Shown: positions 36,208-49,675, counted from the first letter of the stretch. The stretch is 64,000 nucleotides of DNA from Anolis carolinensis (GCF_035594765.1 NC_085843.1:242645971-242709970); one strand, 5' to 3'. Notes: generated from the letters alone by a model not told the origin. Made by a program: numbers and translations.

Positions 36208-37965
36208 CTGTCAACTTGTGACAACTCAATCAGTTCCATAGTATTTTCTTAGGGAAGGAATACTCAGAAGTGTTTTACTCACCCAACTTCAAACAGCCCA
36301 CAGTCCCTTTCAGAGTATCTGGGCATTTTGCATATTTACCCAGAAAGAACTTAATCTAACTGCTGGTTAAGTTACCCCACAAATAATTTGCAAAAGATTG
36401 TCTTTGGCAGCTTCCTTTAGTAAGGTCTTCCCATATCTTCTCTATCACATATTTAAATCTTGTTTTCTGAGAACAAATGTAGCCACTGTGTTCCCTTTAT
36501 AAGTAATGTGTTCTTTTGTAGTCAGTTGCTATTGAATATCAATAACGTACTTCCATATTGTTCTCTGTGTGTGTATGTATGTACACATATCTGTCCACCT
36601 CCTGAAACACTTGCAATCCAGGTAGCAGCGAGATAATCAGAAGGCTGAAAGCTAAAAGGAATTACAAGTTGTATTTTGTTCTATTTGGACAGTTTTGTAA
36701 AAGAAAATGTAAAAAAGGCAGTTTACTTTGTATGTTTTCATGAAGCAAAATCTATGTGTGCTAGATAGATATAATAGCGCATTTATTCTCTGTGCATAAT
36801 AACACATTTATTTTCTGAGCATAGTCTTTCAATAGACAAACAATGCCCCAAACAATAGGAAGATATCCGTAAACTTGAGGTATCAGATTTTTGAAATGTG
36901 ACAAATGTTTAGGAAGCAATCCTAAGGTTGAAGGACTCTAGTGATCACAGAATACTGCCTGGCCACTGATGATGGGGAAAAACTATGAGAAAGTAGTCCA
37001 GACTACCCTAGAAGAAGGCATAGCTGACTGGCTGATACCCTGAACAGAAAGACACCACACCATGCTATTGCAAATCCCAGATGTGATAAAAGTCATGTTG
37101 CATTAGAAAAGCCAAGACCTTTCACTTGGAAAAATGACAAGTGAAATGACTACTGTGAGAAAAACAACAAAAAGTCTGGAAAATAGATTGGTGGATTACT
37201 TTTGTGACATCAGCAGCATATAAACCCATTAGCAGAAAAATAAATGTGGTCCGGAGCTCTGATAAAACTTGCCAGGACTGACCAGAGTAACATGAAAAGG
37301 AGAAGAGGGGACAGAGAAGCCACTGGAGAAAAATATGAAGGGAAAGAGGAGTTAGTGAAGCAAGTTGCCAAGATTAAGAGAAGATGAGATAAAAAGCCGA
37401 GAAACAGAGAAAGAAATGCAATGTAGGTGGAAAGAGGTGAAGGCAAGAAGAGCTATAGACCTATGACTATGATAGGTTAAATTTATCTCCACCCACCAAC
37501 TCACCACAAAGTCTTGACAAAAAAGGAAACTCTCTGAAGCTAATATTTGCATTTCAAAGGAAGCTCATGAATACCAAGAAATGCAGTCATGAAAAAATAA
37601 TGACAATGTCTAATTTAAACCTTAGTACTCAGTACTTTGTCTTCTATGTCCTGGTTTTAGTTCTCTTTAGTCACTCCCAATTAAGGAAACTGTCCCTACT
37701 CATTCATCCTGTACATTCATATGGCAATTTATCACTATAATTTTATATACACATACATACACTAATAGGTGGATATTGCACCAATGATATCTGAATATTG
37801 GGATTAGACAGGCTTAAACTGTAGATAACAATAGACTTGTAAGGAACATGCTAGATTACAAAAGTGCCAAAAGAGCCACAGAATCTTGATCGTTGTAAAA
37901 TGTTCTTTGGAAATATATGAGGCTGAAAGACAGCTGTTATAAGTAACACAAGACACTTTTACTAG

Positions 37966-38487
37966 GGTCGGGCTGTGGTGCAGCTGGTTAGTAGCCAGCT
38001 GCAATAAGTCACTATGACCAAGAAGTCATGAGTTCAAAGCCAGCCCCTGTCAGAGTGAGCACCCGGCCATTGAAAAAAACAGCCCTGCTCGTTGTTGACC
38101 TAAGTAACCTGAAAGATAGTTGCATCTCTCAAGAAGGAAAATTTAGGTACCGCTTATGCCAGGACGCTCATTTAACTAATTTACGACACCATAAAAATCA
38201 TCCAGCAGCATTTGGAATGAGGAAGTATCCATCAAGAACTCAGTGTCACAGTGGATGATGAAGCAGCTGTTCCCCCTGTGGCTGGAATCGAGCATAACCT
38301 CAGGAAGCTGGAAGCTGGAGAATGTTAAATTGCCTCTGTGTCTCTGTCTCTGTCTCTGTTCATATGTTTGCTATGTTTGCCATGTTGAATGTTTGCCATG
38401 TATGTGTACATTGTTATCCGCCCTGAGTCCCCTTCAGGGTGAGAAGGGCGGAATATAAATACTGTAAATAAATAAAATAATAATAAA
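37966..38487 (+). mobile_element. tRNA-derived SINE with L2-like tail (AnolisSINE2-like)
   Basis: Same family as 35731-36207. 13-bp TSD ACACTTTTACTAG at 37953-37965 and 38488-38500. Confidence 0.8.
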
Positions 38488-39161
38488 ACACTTTTACTAG
38501 TAAACACATTTTAAAGCACATTTAAAAAATAATAATTGCGTAAACATGTTTTTTAAATGTACAACATATATTACTTGCTATTTCAGTGGTGACTCAGTTT
38601 CCACTTAGCAATAATGGCACAAACTGCATTTTTGTTATACAAGAAGGCACAACATTTTACTAGCTATAGCTGTTGAAGCTTAGTTCCAAAATGGGTCTGA
38701 ATCCAGGCATTGGTCAACTCACCTTCTAACTGGCAGGAACCAACCAACCATTTGACCTACTGGGTATTGGAAATCAACTCATGCAGACCATTTGCCGAGT
38801 TGATCTTTGGGATTCCAGGGGTTTTCAAACTGTGATCTGCTAAACCCTTGGGGCTCCATGGAAGATAGGGGCTTTGCAGTGCCATGCGGCTTCCTGGCTC
38901 CTCCTCCTGAGAAATGTAGGGAAATTAAAGTTTTGAGCTGCCAGAAACAATAGCAGCAGTAGCAGCAGCAGGAGCCGCGTCCTCCCAGGGCTCAGGCCCT
39001 TTGCCACCGCCTCCCTCACTGCCCAGACTCGTTTCCTTGCCATCCAGACTCTTCCTCCCCATCTTTCTTTGCTTCCAAAACCCTATTTCCCTCCAACCAC
39101 TTAGGGGGTGCTTTGATTGTGTTTTTCCTGCATGGCAGAAGGGAATAGGACTGAGGTTTCT

Positions 39162-39162
<1 letters not shown>

Positions 39163-39206
<44 letters not shown>
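39163..39206. repeat. (TTG)n microsatellite
   Basis: Direct reading. Confidence 0.95.
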
Positions 39207-39673
39207 ATTATGGCGGATGGATAATGTAAAAACCTTTAGAGGTATATGCACATGAAGATATCTCTCTGAGGTTAGCCAAATGCAAATGTAGAGGGTGAAA
39301 TCTACCTGGCTGAATATAATTTTTAAACAAAACAGGGATAATACCTCTATATTCAAATGTGAATGCTTGTTGAAACTCTAGAGGTCTGTGGCAAATATGT
39401 AACCACATATAAAGTCATGGTAAAACTCTTAGGTGGTAAGGTGCAAAACAGATCCTACCTACATCAAAGCTACTTTCTCGCATCTTGTGGTAAGAAGTCT
39501 CCATTCTCAGTTTCACTACAAGATAGAGCTAGTCAGGAAGCACAACACACCAACAAGCCAAACTGAACATTTGTGGTCTATAGTGAATAGGGTCACTTCT
39601 ACCAGACATATGATGTTTGGAGCCAAATAATAACTGTCAAATGGCATGCAATGTATTAGTGACCTTATTTAAT

Positions 39674-39959
39674 CACTGACCAACACAGATTTTGGTGCCT
39701 CAAATATTAGACCTGTTTCTGGATATATTTGATCTGCTGATTCCAAAAATAGCACCAGTTTCCCCCTATCTACTCTAATTTTTGAGATATGGAACATATG
39801 CCCAATATCATTCAACATCTGCTCACTCATAGAAAATTGCGGTAAGAAATTAGAGTTGATAGATTCTATCCAGTGCAATTTCTGAATCAGCACCCCAGGT
39901 GATCCCAGAAACATGCCTAAAAAAACAAAATACCAAGATTTGTTTTTGGTTGAACTGTG
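39674..39959. mobile_element. Possible Chapaev3-like MITE
   Basis: CACTGACCAAC.../...GGTTGAACTGTG ends with inverted TGCTGATTC(C)A/GAATCAGCA subterminal motifs. The TSD is not clean. Confidence 0.4.
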
Positions 39960-40310
39960 ATAATGTTTGCATTAATTGTGCAATTTGGAAAAGGTATGAA
40001 GATTGTGAATGGGTTATGAGAAGACTTTATAGCACAAATCCAAAATGTAATACTCAGCTATTCAAAAATAACTATATTTAGTAAAAGTGTAATACCAATT
40101 TCAAGGATGATAGTCATTTCACATGCACACACCATCCTAGAACTCCCATTTGCATTGCCTTATGAGGGAACTTCCTTGACCTTTTCTGCAATATCCCACT
40201 CTTCCCATTGCTGTGCCACACTAAATAATTGCTGAGTCATTTGTGGCATAAAAAGTAAAAATCTAAATTGTATTCGAAATTACCAGCTAGCACATAATGC
40301 AGTACAAGGA

Positions 40311-42360
40311 TGATGACCGAAACCCCGGCTTTTAAATTAAATTAAAAAAAAAAAACCCAGCGGAGAGTTCCGCAGATTGCTCAACAAAAGGAACGAAGCG
40401 GGACCGCAGCAGACTATTATTAAAAGACTTTTTTCTTCACTTTCCCCTTCCCTGAACTATGTAACAAAATCCCCCAATAAAAGTAGCATTTATTTTAACA
40501 ATAACACTCTCTATCTGGTTATTTTGTATCTTTTCTCTGACTCCTTCCTTTGCATGAAATCTCTCTCTCTCTCGTCCCTTTAACTCCGGCTGAGATTTCT
40601 CCGCCATAGATTAACATGGCGGTCGATATAAATCGGCTCATATCTCTATCAAAATTACCCCTAGAACGCTCTTCTTTTAGACCTAACCCTTTCTAAGGCT
40701 CCTGACTCGAAGACAACCAGCAGAACCGGAATCGGTCCGGTTTTCGGCACCTCAACAGCTGACTGTCAAACGGGACCGACGGCTCCTTTCAAGCTAAACT
40801 GCTGCCTTATCCCGGACTTTCCTCTCCCCGCGGAATGGGTTTAAGAGATCCCTAGCCCCTTTCTGTGAACTAGGGATGGGGGATCGCTCTCTCGCTGGGG
40901 AAACATAGTTCTCCAAGTACCCTTACCCTCTCTGCAGCTGCCAGGGGGTGCCCGGACGGATGCCCTCCACGTTTCATTCATACTTTTCATGATTTTATGA
41001 AGGAGAAGAACACTCTTCCCCAGACCTACCCCTGGACTTATGAAATCCTATACTTCCAAAGACTGCAACCCACATGTGCCTCTTCCCCATGCCACCTCTA
41101 CGAATTCCTCCCATCACAGATGAACTCTTTTTCCTCATGTATCCATGAATTTTCATATTCTATGTACTTGGACACTCTCATGACTCACTGTTGTATGAAT
41201 TTCTAATCGTTGGGCTAACTTCATGGATTGTGAAATTATGCTGCTAGAACTCCACTCTTATGAATTTCCATATCGGGTTCCCCAGATGTTGTGAACTTCG
41301 TCCTTATCAAATGTTTTCTATTGCTTATATCATTCATGGTTCCCCTTTGTGCAATGTAACCCCCCCTCTATGGATTCTCCCTTTCCTCCTTGAAATCTAC
41401 CTATCTGCCTATATGTATTTATACTCTTTGGGATCCCCGGAAAATATGTGTTTTTCCCAGCTGGGTTTATGTTCCAACTTTATTTTAATTTTCATTCTAT
41501 CCCATATAATTGCCAAATCATGAAATCAAATGGGAAATATTATGACCCCAACGTGAACCTTAGCCCTATGACCCAGACCTCCCTTCCCAAAAACAAAAGG
41601 ATAATCTGCCACAGTTTAATCCAATCTCATTCCGATCGCATGGACAATATAGGGTTTAGAGTCACCAAATTCCAAAAGGTGACTCGCCCCCAAGGCAAAC
41701 ATTGTCATATCCCAGGCCAGGACGCCGCTGGAAGGCACCCTGTGGGGCCCGTCAATGACGGCTCATCACCACCCATCACCACTTCCCGTCTGACACCCCA
41801 AGGCATATCTAAAATCTGTAAACGTGACAGGACCCCGGACACCCTTGATGGGTGCCATTAATTCCTTTAGAAATCGGCCGGGCCAGGATTAATCTGATAT
41901 TTCCTGTCCGGTCACCACATTGTTTCAATAGCTCCCGCCTCCTCCTCTCTGATTGGCCCGAGTGGGGACAAAAGCGGCTTCCCATTGGGCCAGCAGAGCA
42001 AGGCGGGAAACGAAAGCCCGCCTCGTTCAAACTCTCAGCCTATCCGCGATCTGATGGGCAGGGAAGCGGGGCGGGAAATTCAAAGGGCTGTCAGACCGAA
42101 ACATTGTATAAATATGGCTTTATTTGAAACATATGTTACGCTAGTAGATTGAATGATCGCTATTAGCGTCCTTTTCAGCTGAATTGCTCAATAAAAACTC
42201 CTTGGCGGATTTTCCTTCAACTTGGCGGACCTTCTTCATTTCAGGCTTCAGGTTGTATTGCGGCTTATATTCTCCTTTTGGCTTCGCCAAGGTCCGTTCC
42301 CTCAGGACCGGGTCGGGTCTCTCCTTAAGGGCCCGATCCCCCAAAGTGCGGTCAACAACA
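40311..42360 (+). mobile_element. Long (~2.05 kb) solo LTR, ERV-like
   Basis: Ends TGATGACCG...CGGTCAACA(ACA), flanked by a direct repeat (AGGA, or ACAAGGA if the end is 42357). Reverse CCAAT at 41951, GC box at 42068, TATAAATA at 42107-42114, AATAAA at 42190-42195. Confidence 0.75.
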
Positions 42361-44780
42361 AGGAGGCATGATTAAAGAAGCTACGTTGCAAAACCATGAT
42401 TCACACAGTCATTTACTATATGCATATACAGTACTGTCTGTATTCTATTTGCAGTATTTATTTTTCAGTCCTCCACTTGCAGCTAAATTTGTGAAATGAC
42501 TCTTAATTTAAAAGCATGGTGTTTAAGTTCTCTGGAATCAACATTGTTTGCTTCATTATCATTTACAAATGTCCATTGCCACATCTCTGTGTGAACTGAC
42601 TAATAGAAGGGATCAAAAGGCTAACTGGTCAGTGTCCCTGCCAAAACCAGAAACATCTTCTAGTTCCATACAAATCAGTTTTTGCAATCCATACAATAAG
42701 CCACAAGCATGGACCACACGTGCTGCAGAAACATGCCTACAAAGCACTTGGCTCCATGTGGTTCAGCCACTCACAGGGCATATTTCACAGCTTCTCTTGT
42801 AACTGATGTGGTTTCCCAATCAGTATACTCTGATCAGATAAACTGTAAAGTTCATTTGTTTTTTTTCCTCCCTAGCTTTCTTCTGATGTTCTATTGGGCA
42901 ATTCCACATGCCCATGCTCTTTAACCACATCCTGAACTAAAGCTGCTTTTCCCTGAGCAAAAGGAGAACCAGTTAGTTGCTGCTGCTCCTAAATGTAGTA
43001 GAGGAACCAAACTTTTCTGCCTAATAAGGGGAAGGAGGCACAGCCATTTCTGGTTTCTCCAAAGTAAGGTTAAATGAAACTGTTGAGCACATGTTGAAAA
43101 ATGTTGTGATGCCACAATTCCAACTATTTGGGAGACTAGAACTTGTCACCCTAAGCTATGTGACAAAAACAATTGAGAAGACAGATGACAGAAATTGTGT
43201 TCAATTTCGCTTTTTGCTATTTTTAAGTTTAATAAATGGCTAGTTAAACTAACTAGTTCATTAGTTGAGCACTGCAACCTTCATAACTAGCTGCATTAGT
43301 TTATCCACTACATCCCCTATATGCAAAACAAGTAAGTCTCAGAAACATTTTTGTAACAGAGCCATCATGCACAGCTTTTCGCAATTACCTTCATCTTCAT
43401 ATGAATCAAACACCACTTTCCCTTTTTTCTGCCATGAGCATCAGTTTTAAGGCTGTTCTAGCACCTATGAAACATGAGCATTAAATAGTATCCTACTCTT
43501 GTTCATTTGCACTGTGTATTGTTTCTTGATAACTGGAAACTTGCTGCTTTACTTCAGTACTAAAAGATAACCACAATGTGTGTATGCATCAACATGGGCT
43601 GAGGTTTCTTCACTGTGTGGTTTTCCTTCCCGTAAACCTCTACCACAGAGAGGTTTCTGATACTCGGTACTGATCCACATATATACCAGAACTAGATGCT
43701 TTGTAGGTGATTGGCACACAGATGGCATAAACATTTGAATTTTCCAGAACTCTTTTATCTGGCAGTACAGCAGAAATACTAGGAGATGGGGAAATTTTTA
43801 TCTATTCTTATCTCATTAGGGCCAATCGACACTGATAATTTAATGCAGTTAAAAGCTAGCTTCAAACTATGGTGACCAGACAACAAACACCCATAAAGTG
43901 TGCTAAAGAAAGTCCTTAATGTGCATCAATACTTTGTGGTTTGTGTAGTCACCATCTGGACATCATATTGCTTCCAGGATTTCCTATTTAATTTTTTCCC
44001 CCTAAGTCAAAACAGTAGATTGCAACTTTTAGAAACTCTTGGGAGATCAGGATGACTGCCCTGTATTAATACCTATGACAACAGACTTTCACAAATATAA
44101 TGAAAAAATTAACTTATGCCAAATAAATGTCTACAACAAAAGTTGTGAACTTATCAACAGATAGTAGAACTAATATAGCAGTTGCGATAAAGATCCTTAG
44201 CTAGAGAATTGGCTTCCCCACAAAAAAGGATTGCCAGGTGTTTGCTTTTCCTTTTGTCAATCAGTCAGTCTGATAGAGAAAGATCATTTACTCTTGCTCA
44301 TAGTTGCCCACAGTTTCAACAACTTGGCAAACTATATTTCCATTGCTCTCCCTCCAGAAACCCAAACTCAGGCCACTATAGCCAAATTTAGTAGGCACGT
44401 GTTATAAACTGATGTAAGTTGCTGATGGTTAGTTTCTAAATATCCTTGTATATCTGATCTTAACAAATAAATAGACCTGTGATTTATTTTGTGGCTGTGA
44501 TGCAAATGTGACTCAGTTGCTAGTTTAATATAAGCTGTCCATCATACTGCATAACAAACACTGAAACAGTAAAGATTAAAAGTGGCTGTTATGTTCCATA
44601 TTAAAACTCCAAAGATATGATTCTAGAGAAAAATAAAAAACAGTATCTGGTGAGGGGAAAAAAAATAACACATTCTTCAATCTAAGAGTTCCTCAACCAA
44701 ACACTCATAACAGATGGAGACTCTCCTGACTGATGAAAGGTCTGAAATATTAGTGTAAAGCTTGAATGATCTTAAGGCCA

Positions 44781-44830
<50 letters not shown>
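44781..44830. repeat. (ATCT)n microsatellite
   Basis: Direct reading. Confidence 0.95.
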
Positions 44831-44834
44831 GTCT

Positions 44835-44969
44835 CAGTGGTTCTCAACCTGTGGGTCCCCAGGTGTTTTGGCCTACAACTCCCAGAAATCCCAGCCAGTT
44901 TACCAGCTGTTAGGATTTCTGGGAGTTGAAGGCCAAAAACATCTAGAGACCCCAGGTTGAGAACCACTG
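44835..44969. mobile_element. SPIN-like hAT MITE
   Basis: TIR CAGTGGTTCTCAACCTG, same family as 2706-2840, TSD ATCTGTCT/ATCTATCT. Confidence 0.8.
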
Positions 44970-46434
44970 ATCTATCTATTATTACAGACATGTTTTCTCC
45001 ATTCACATATGAAGTAGAAGGTGAGGTAGCTCTACTCCTTTAAAGGATAAACAAAGTATGGGATATTCATACACCTTCAAAGGGGAGAGAGGAGCAGAGT
45101 TGCTGTCCAGCATCCCACAGTTCTGGTTTAAATGGAAAGGAACAATATGTTGGGAGAGTAGAACCCCTTCACCCCTGCTACTGGTTAACATGCTGCACTC
45201 TGCAAGTACAAAACACTAACCCTATTCAGTAGTTCTTTTTGAGGTTAAGTAAACATGCAGGGAAAGGAATATGCGAGCCCTATCTTCCCCATTGTCACTA
45301 TTAAGATCCTCCATGCAAGTCAGACCCCGTGAAATTCAATATTCAGAATCCCATGGGAGGAGTCCACACACATAGGAGACTATCTGCTTCATAATTCTCT
45401 CTTTTCACATGTGCAAGGCACATGTTGTGAGATGTTGGATACCCCCTTATGTTTTTATTTATTCCCAAGGAATGCAATTGAATAAGGTTACTTCCTGACT
45501 TTCTTAGAACACTAGATTCAATTGTGGAAAGCTGCTCAAAAGTATTGTCAAGAAGTTAGTGTGCCAGCTAAGTTAGTATAAAAGAAGAAAGAAAGGCAAT
45601 GGGCTGTAGCCCATGAAAACTTATACTAAAGTAAATTTATTACACTTAGAGACACCATAGCTCTGTTTGAAATCAATTAAGTCCAACATAATAAGGCAAG
45701 AGTAGAGCCCAGATTTTGCTCCCATCTCCACCTGTTACTTTCTGTGCAATCCTGAAAATGCTGAATGCTCATGTTGCCACCTTCATATCTGACTCAGCCT
45801 GAACATTTACGTTTAGCTTTGCAACCTATTCCAATATGCATGTCCTTTGGTGTCTCCATATTGCATTATTCCCTATTTTAAATACACAAAGTATACTCTG
45901 ACTGTTCCTTCATCTTATCAAGTTAGAAATCCATGCAGTAACTAATGACACGGTGACACCCCTCAAATGTGAGCAACTGAAAATATGTGCAACCCAGAAA
46001 AATCAGAGAAGCCCACCCTCCCACTTCTATTGTCTTTTTAATGTTTCCATTTAGTGCTTAAACCATATTGATATGGAGGAAGGGAAATGAGCCTTAAAAG
46101 AAGAAAACAGCATTTGCTTGCTTAAGAATTCCATGTTTTTGAACAAGAATTCTCGGAATAAGTTTTTCACATTTGTCTTTCATGCCAGGAGTGGACTTTT
46201 CTTCCTAATCTGGATCAACTGTCTAGCATCCTTCTGCACATAATTTTTATTAACCATCATCTTTTCCAATTACATTAGGATAATTCTCTATGCTAGTTGG
46301 ACAGCTTCTTATTGTCACATTATTGTGACATTTTGGAATCACATTTGTGGCTGCAACACCAACAAGTTATTGTACTTTCCCCCATCCTGTTAAACCTGTT
46401 CATGAGGCTCAATATCTTATTTCTTCTTGCCAGC

Positions 46435-48390
46435 TCAATATGAACTAGATCTTCTATACCTGCGTTTTACCATTTGAAGAAGTCTTTCTCTGAAAGTAAG
46501 AAAGATGATGCCAAAGGCAACCAGTAGAGCCAAAAAGGTAGGCAGAGTTAGCACCAGATATACTAAAGCCATATCTGCCGTTAGCCACTTGCAGTTTTGG
46601 ATAACAGATTCGGGTAGATTTACTGCACTGAAGAACCTGGAGGAGTAGTTACAAGTAACTTCACTCATGTCTGCAATGTGTACATGTCCAAGTCTGTGGA
46701 GAGTATCCCTCCACCCTAGTTTGCAGCAGTCATAGAGATTCTGGCTGAGGTAGATCACACGCAAACTCTTCCCAAGTTGCTTTTCCATGGCATGCTGAGG
46801 TAGGAAACGGAGACGATTTTGCCTAAGGTCCAGAGTGTGTAGCTTTAAACCTGATAAAGATTCAGGAAATATGTCAAGAGAGTTTTCAGATAGATCCAAG
46901 TCTACCAAATTCTGAAAAGCAGAAAAATCTATTTTTGCACTTGGAGCAAAGAGGCCAGTCTTCCGGAGAGAGAGTATCTGCAGGAACTTTGCAATATCTT
47001 CCAGAGGTCCTAAGCCATTGTGGAGCACCTTGGGATTGCTTGATAGATCTAAGTGTACTAGGGAGGTCCCCTTAAAGGCATGCCTGACCAGTTCCCTCAA
47101 CTCACACCCAGCCAAGAAGAGATTTCTCAAAGAGCGCATATTACTAATATTTACACAGTTGGGATTTCCAGCATCATGTGAATTACAAATCTCTATTGGG
47201 TTATTACTGAGGTCAATTGTAGTGATCTTTGTTGTGTGGGTAAACATTTTAGTAGGCAATCCATGCAATCTATTACTGCGTAGATTAAGACTCCTAAGGC
47301 AGGTTAAGCTACCTCTTTGATCCAAGTTCATCTGTAGATCTGAAAGCTGGTTATAGCTAAGATCCAAGTCAATAAGATTCTTCATCCCTTCCTTCTCCCA
47401 CAGGTTCAGTGTCTTTAAGCAGTTGTGGCTGAGGTTAATGTGTGCAAGCAAAACCATCCCTTCAAAAAACCAGTCTGGAATATACCAGAACTGGTTCCAG
47501 CTAATGTCCAGAAAAGTCAGAGAAGAGAGGTTGCCATGCCTTTTTTCCTCCCAAAGTTCATGGGTGGTGATGTTGGTGACATTGCCATCCAGAAACAGCA
47601 GTTGGACTGAGTTCTCAGAACGATTATAAAGATTTTCATAGAAGTTCATTTTGTTGTGTGTTAGCAGCAAAGTTTTCAGTTTATTTAGCCTTGGTAAGAA
47701 TGGGAAGAATAGGAGCTGGTTGTAGGAAAGATCTAGTGTTTCTAGTTCAAAGGCAGCATCATTCTCAGCAGCAAAGAACCACTCAAGGTGATTGTTGCTG
47801 ACATTTAAAATCTGGAGTTGGATCAAGTCAAATCCCACAATGCACGGGATATAGTTGTAGGCCAGATTAAGCTGCTGCAGCCCTCGCAACCCTTCAAAAG
47901 CACCCGCCTCGATCTCAAAAATGTAGTTCTGCTGTAAATCCAGGTGCCACAGGTTAGGCAGGTTCTGGAAATGTCTGTCATCCAGTCTCATGATGGCATT
48001 CCCAGCTAGAGACAAAGATTCTAGTGATGGCAAGTGCTGGATCATAGTATCCACCATATCCTCAGTGAGCAGGTTTCCAGAGAGGTCCAGCTTCCTAAGA
48101 GCAGACAAAGTCCTTAGAGCTGCTGCTGTCACAGAATAGTTCATGGCAAGGACATTGTTGGTCAAAGATAGATGACTAAGACTCCTAGTCCCAAGGAAGG
48201 CCCCTGCTTCAATTATCTCCAGCCCATTGTCACACAGGCTGAGACTTTGCAGGTTTTGATACTGCACTAAAGATTCATTCTTTAGCATCTCTATGTGATT
48301 ACTATCAAGGAAGAGTTTCTCTGTTCCAGGAGGCAGATCTTCTAAGATGGAGCTTAGACTCTTCCCATTGCAATTCACTGATCTCTCTTC
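46435..48390 (-). CDS. NRROS: NRROS (LRRC33) main coding exon: LRR ectodomain, LRRCT, TM helix, short tail
   Basis: CTTCAG|GAA acceptor, 652 codons including the stop. About 20 LxxLxLxxN repeats, IYLSQNLYDCCKLGW cap and TM LVYLVLTLPTFLALLVAFGIIFL. Synteny with CEP19/PIGX distinguishes it from LRRC32. Confidence 0.93.
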   Translation of the reverse strand, partial: EERSVNCNGKSLSSILEDLPPGTEKLFLDSNHIEMLKNESLVQYQNLQSLSLCDNGLEIIEAGAFLGTRSLSHLSLTNNVLAMNYSVTAAALRTLSALRKLDLSGNLLTEDMVDTMIQHLPSLESLSLAGNAIMRLDDRHFQNLPNLWHLDLQQNYIFEIEAGAFEGLRGLQQLNLAYNYIPCIVGFDLIQLQILNVSNNHLEWFFAAENDAAFELETLDLSYNQLLFFPFLPRLNKLKTLLLTHNKMNFYENLYNRSENSVQLLFLDGNVTNITTHELWEEKRHGNLSSLTFLDISWNQFWYIPDWFFEGMVLLAHINLSHNCLKTLNLWEKEGMKNLIDLDLSYNQLSDLQMNLDQRGSLTCLRSLNLRSNRLHGLPTKMFTHTTKITTIDLSNNPIEICNSHDAGNPNCVNISNMRSLRNLFLAGCELRELVRHAFKGTSLVHLDLSSNPKVLHNGLGPLEDIAKFLQILSLRKTGLFAPSAKIDFSAFQNLVDLDLSENSLDIFPESLSGLKLHTLDLRQNRLRFLPQHAMEKQLGKSLRVIYLSQNLYDCCKLGWRDTLHRLGHVHIADMSEVTCNYSSRFFSAVNLPESVIQNCKWLTADMALVYLVLTLPTFLALLVAFGIIFLTFRERLLQMVKRRYRRSSSY

Positions 48391-48868
48391 CTGAAGCAAG
48401 AAACAGAGATACAAAGATATGTAGATTGGCTGGTTACTAAAAAGGATGCAGCAGTTGAAACAGAATATAGTATCATGGCTAAAACTTTAAAGCTGATAGT
48501 GCACCGTCCTTATGGATAAGTGCCAGTTAATTATGTAAAAATATATTTGTGGGATGTCATAGAGCAGGACTGGCTCAGGAATGTGATATTGGCCAAAAAC
48601 AGTACAGCCCTGCTCTTGCATCATCCTGTGAATAACCTACATGTAAGTATTTCATGAAAAGATTATAAGAGATCCACATTTTTGTGTCTGCAATAAAATG
48701 TCGTGGATGATGCTGTTATAAAAACGTAAGAAAAACTGGATTAGATCATACTACATGACCATCTAATCCAACATTTATTTTCCCCAATGGAAAATCAGAT
48801 GCCAATGTGATTGTCCGAAAGAAGGACACAAGTGCATTAGCTCCCTGCTCATGTTTTTCCAGCAAGTA

Positions 48869-49675
48869 CCATATTTCATCACATAATTGTTGCCAAAATT
48901 GGTATTTTAGTACTCCTCACATAATAGTCATATCCTTGATTTAGACAGTCTACCTGTTGTAAACAGTCTAGCATTCCCTTCCACGTGTTTTGCTGCCCTG
49001 TCCTAAACTGCTTTACCTACTAACTCACTTGCCCATCTATGTGCTCACCTAACCGCCCACTGGCCAGCTCTTCATATATTCACTCACTTGCCTATCCATC
49101 ATCTCGTCCATACATTTGCTTGCCCACCCACCTGCCCACTTCTTCATTCACTCACTTGCTCCCCATCCATCTACTGCTTCACTCACCATGGTGGGTGAAT
49201 AGGTGGGTGAGTGAATGGATGGGTGAGCAGATAGATGGACGAGTAAGTGAGTGCTTGAGTGAGTGAGTGAATGAGTGCAGTGAGTGAGTGGGTGAGCAGA
49301 CGAATGAATGGATGGGCAAGCAGATGGATGGGCACGTGAGTGAGCGAGTGAAGCAGGGGGTGGGTGGGCAGCTGATGGATGGGCAAGTGAGTGGGTGAGT
49401 GAGTGAGTGAGTGAGTGAGTGAGTGAGTGAAGCACCAATCAGTGGGTGGGTAGGTGGATGTTCAGACAGATGGGTGAGCTTATGAGTGAAGCACCCTTTC
49501 TGAAAGGGAGCAAGCAAGCAGGTAAAGCTGTTTAGGGCAAAGCTTTGACAGAAATGTAATAAAAAGTATTGGTATATAAAACTGACATAATTTTTTCCCT
49601 CACATAATAGTCACACACCCCTTTTTTTGCTCAAAAAAGGGATACAAAGTGTGACTATTATGTGATGAAATACAG
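48869..49675. mobile_element. Non-autonomous Tc1/pogo-like element with internal GAGT/GGAT simple repeats
   Basis: TA|CCATATTTCATCACATAAT ... ATTATGTGATGAAATACAG|TA TIRs, with subterminal CTCACATAATAGTCA repeats. Confidence 0.65.

Noticed and set aside
38925-39356. Poly-Asn and poly-Leu ORFs
   Set aside because: They are products of the (TTG)n microsatellite.
48391-48414. ORF-track start 'MYLCFLLQ' for NRROS
   Set aside because: It is the polypyrimidine tract and acceptor. The true start is ATG 49847 in the upstream exon.
49039-49517. His/Ser/Thr-rich ORFs
   Set aside because: They are translations of GAGT/GGAT simple repeats inside a DNA transposon.
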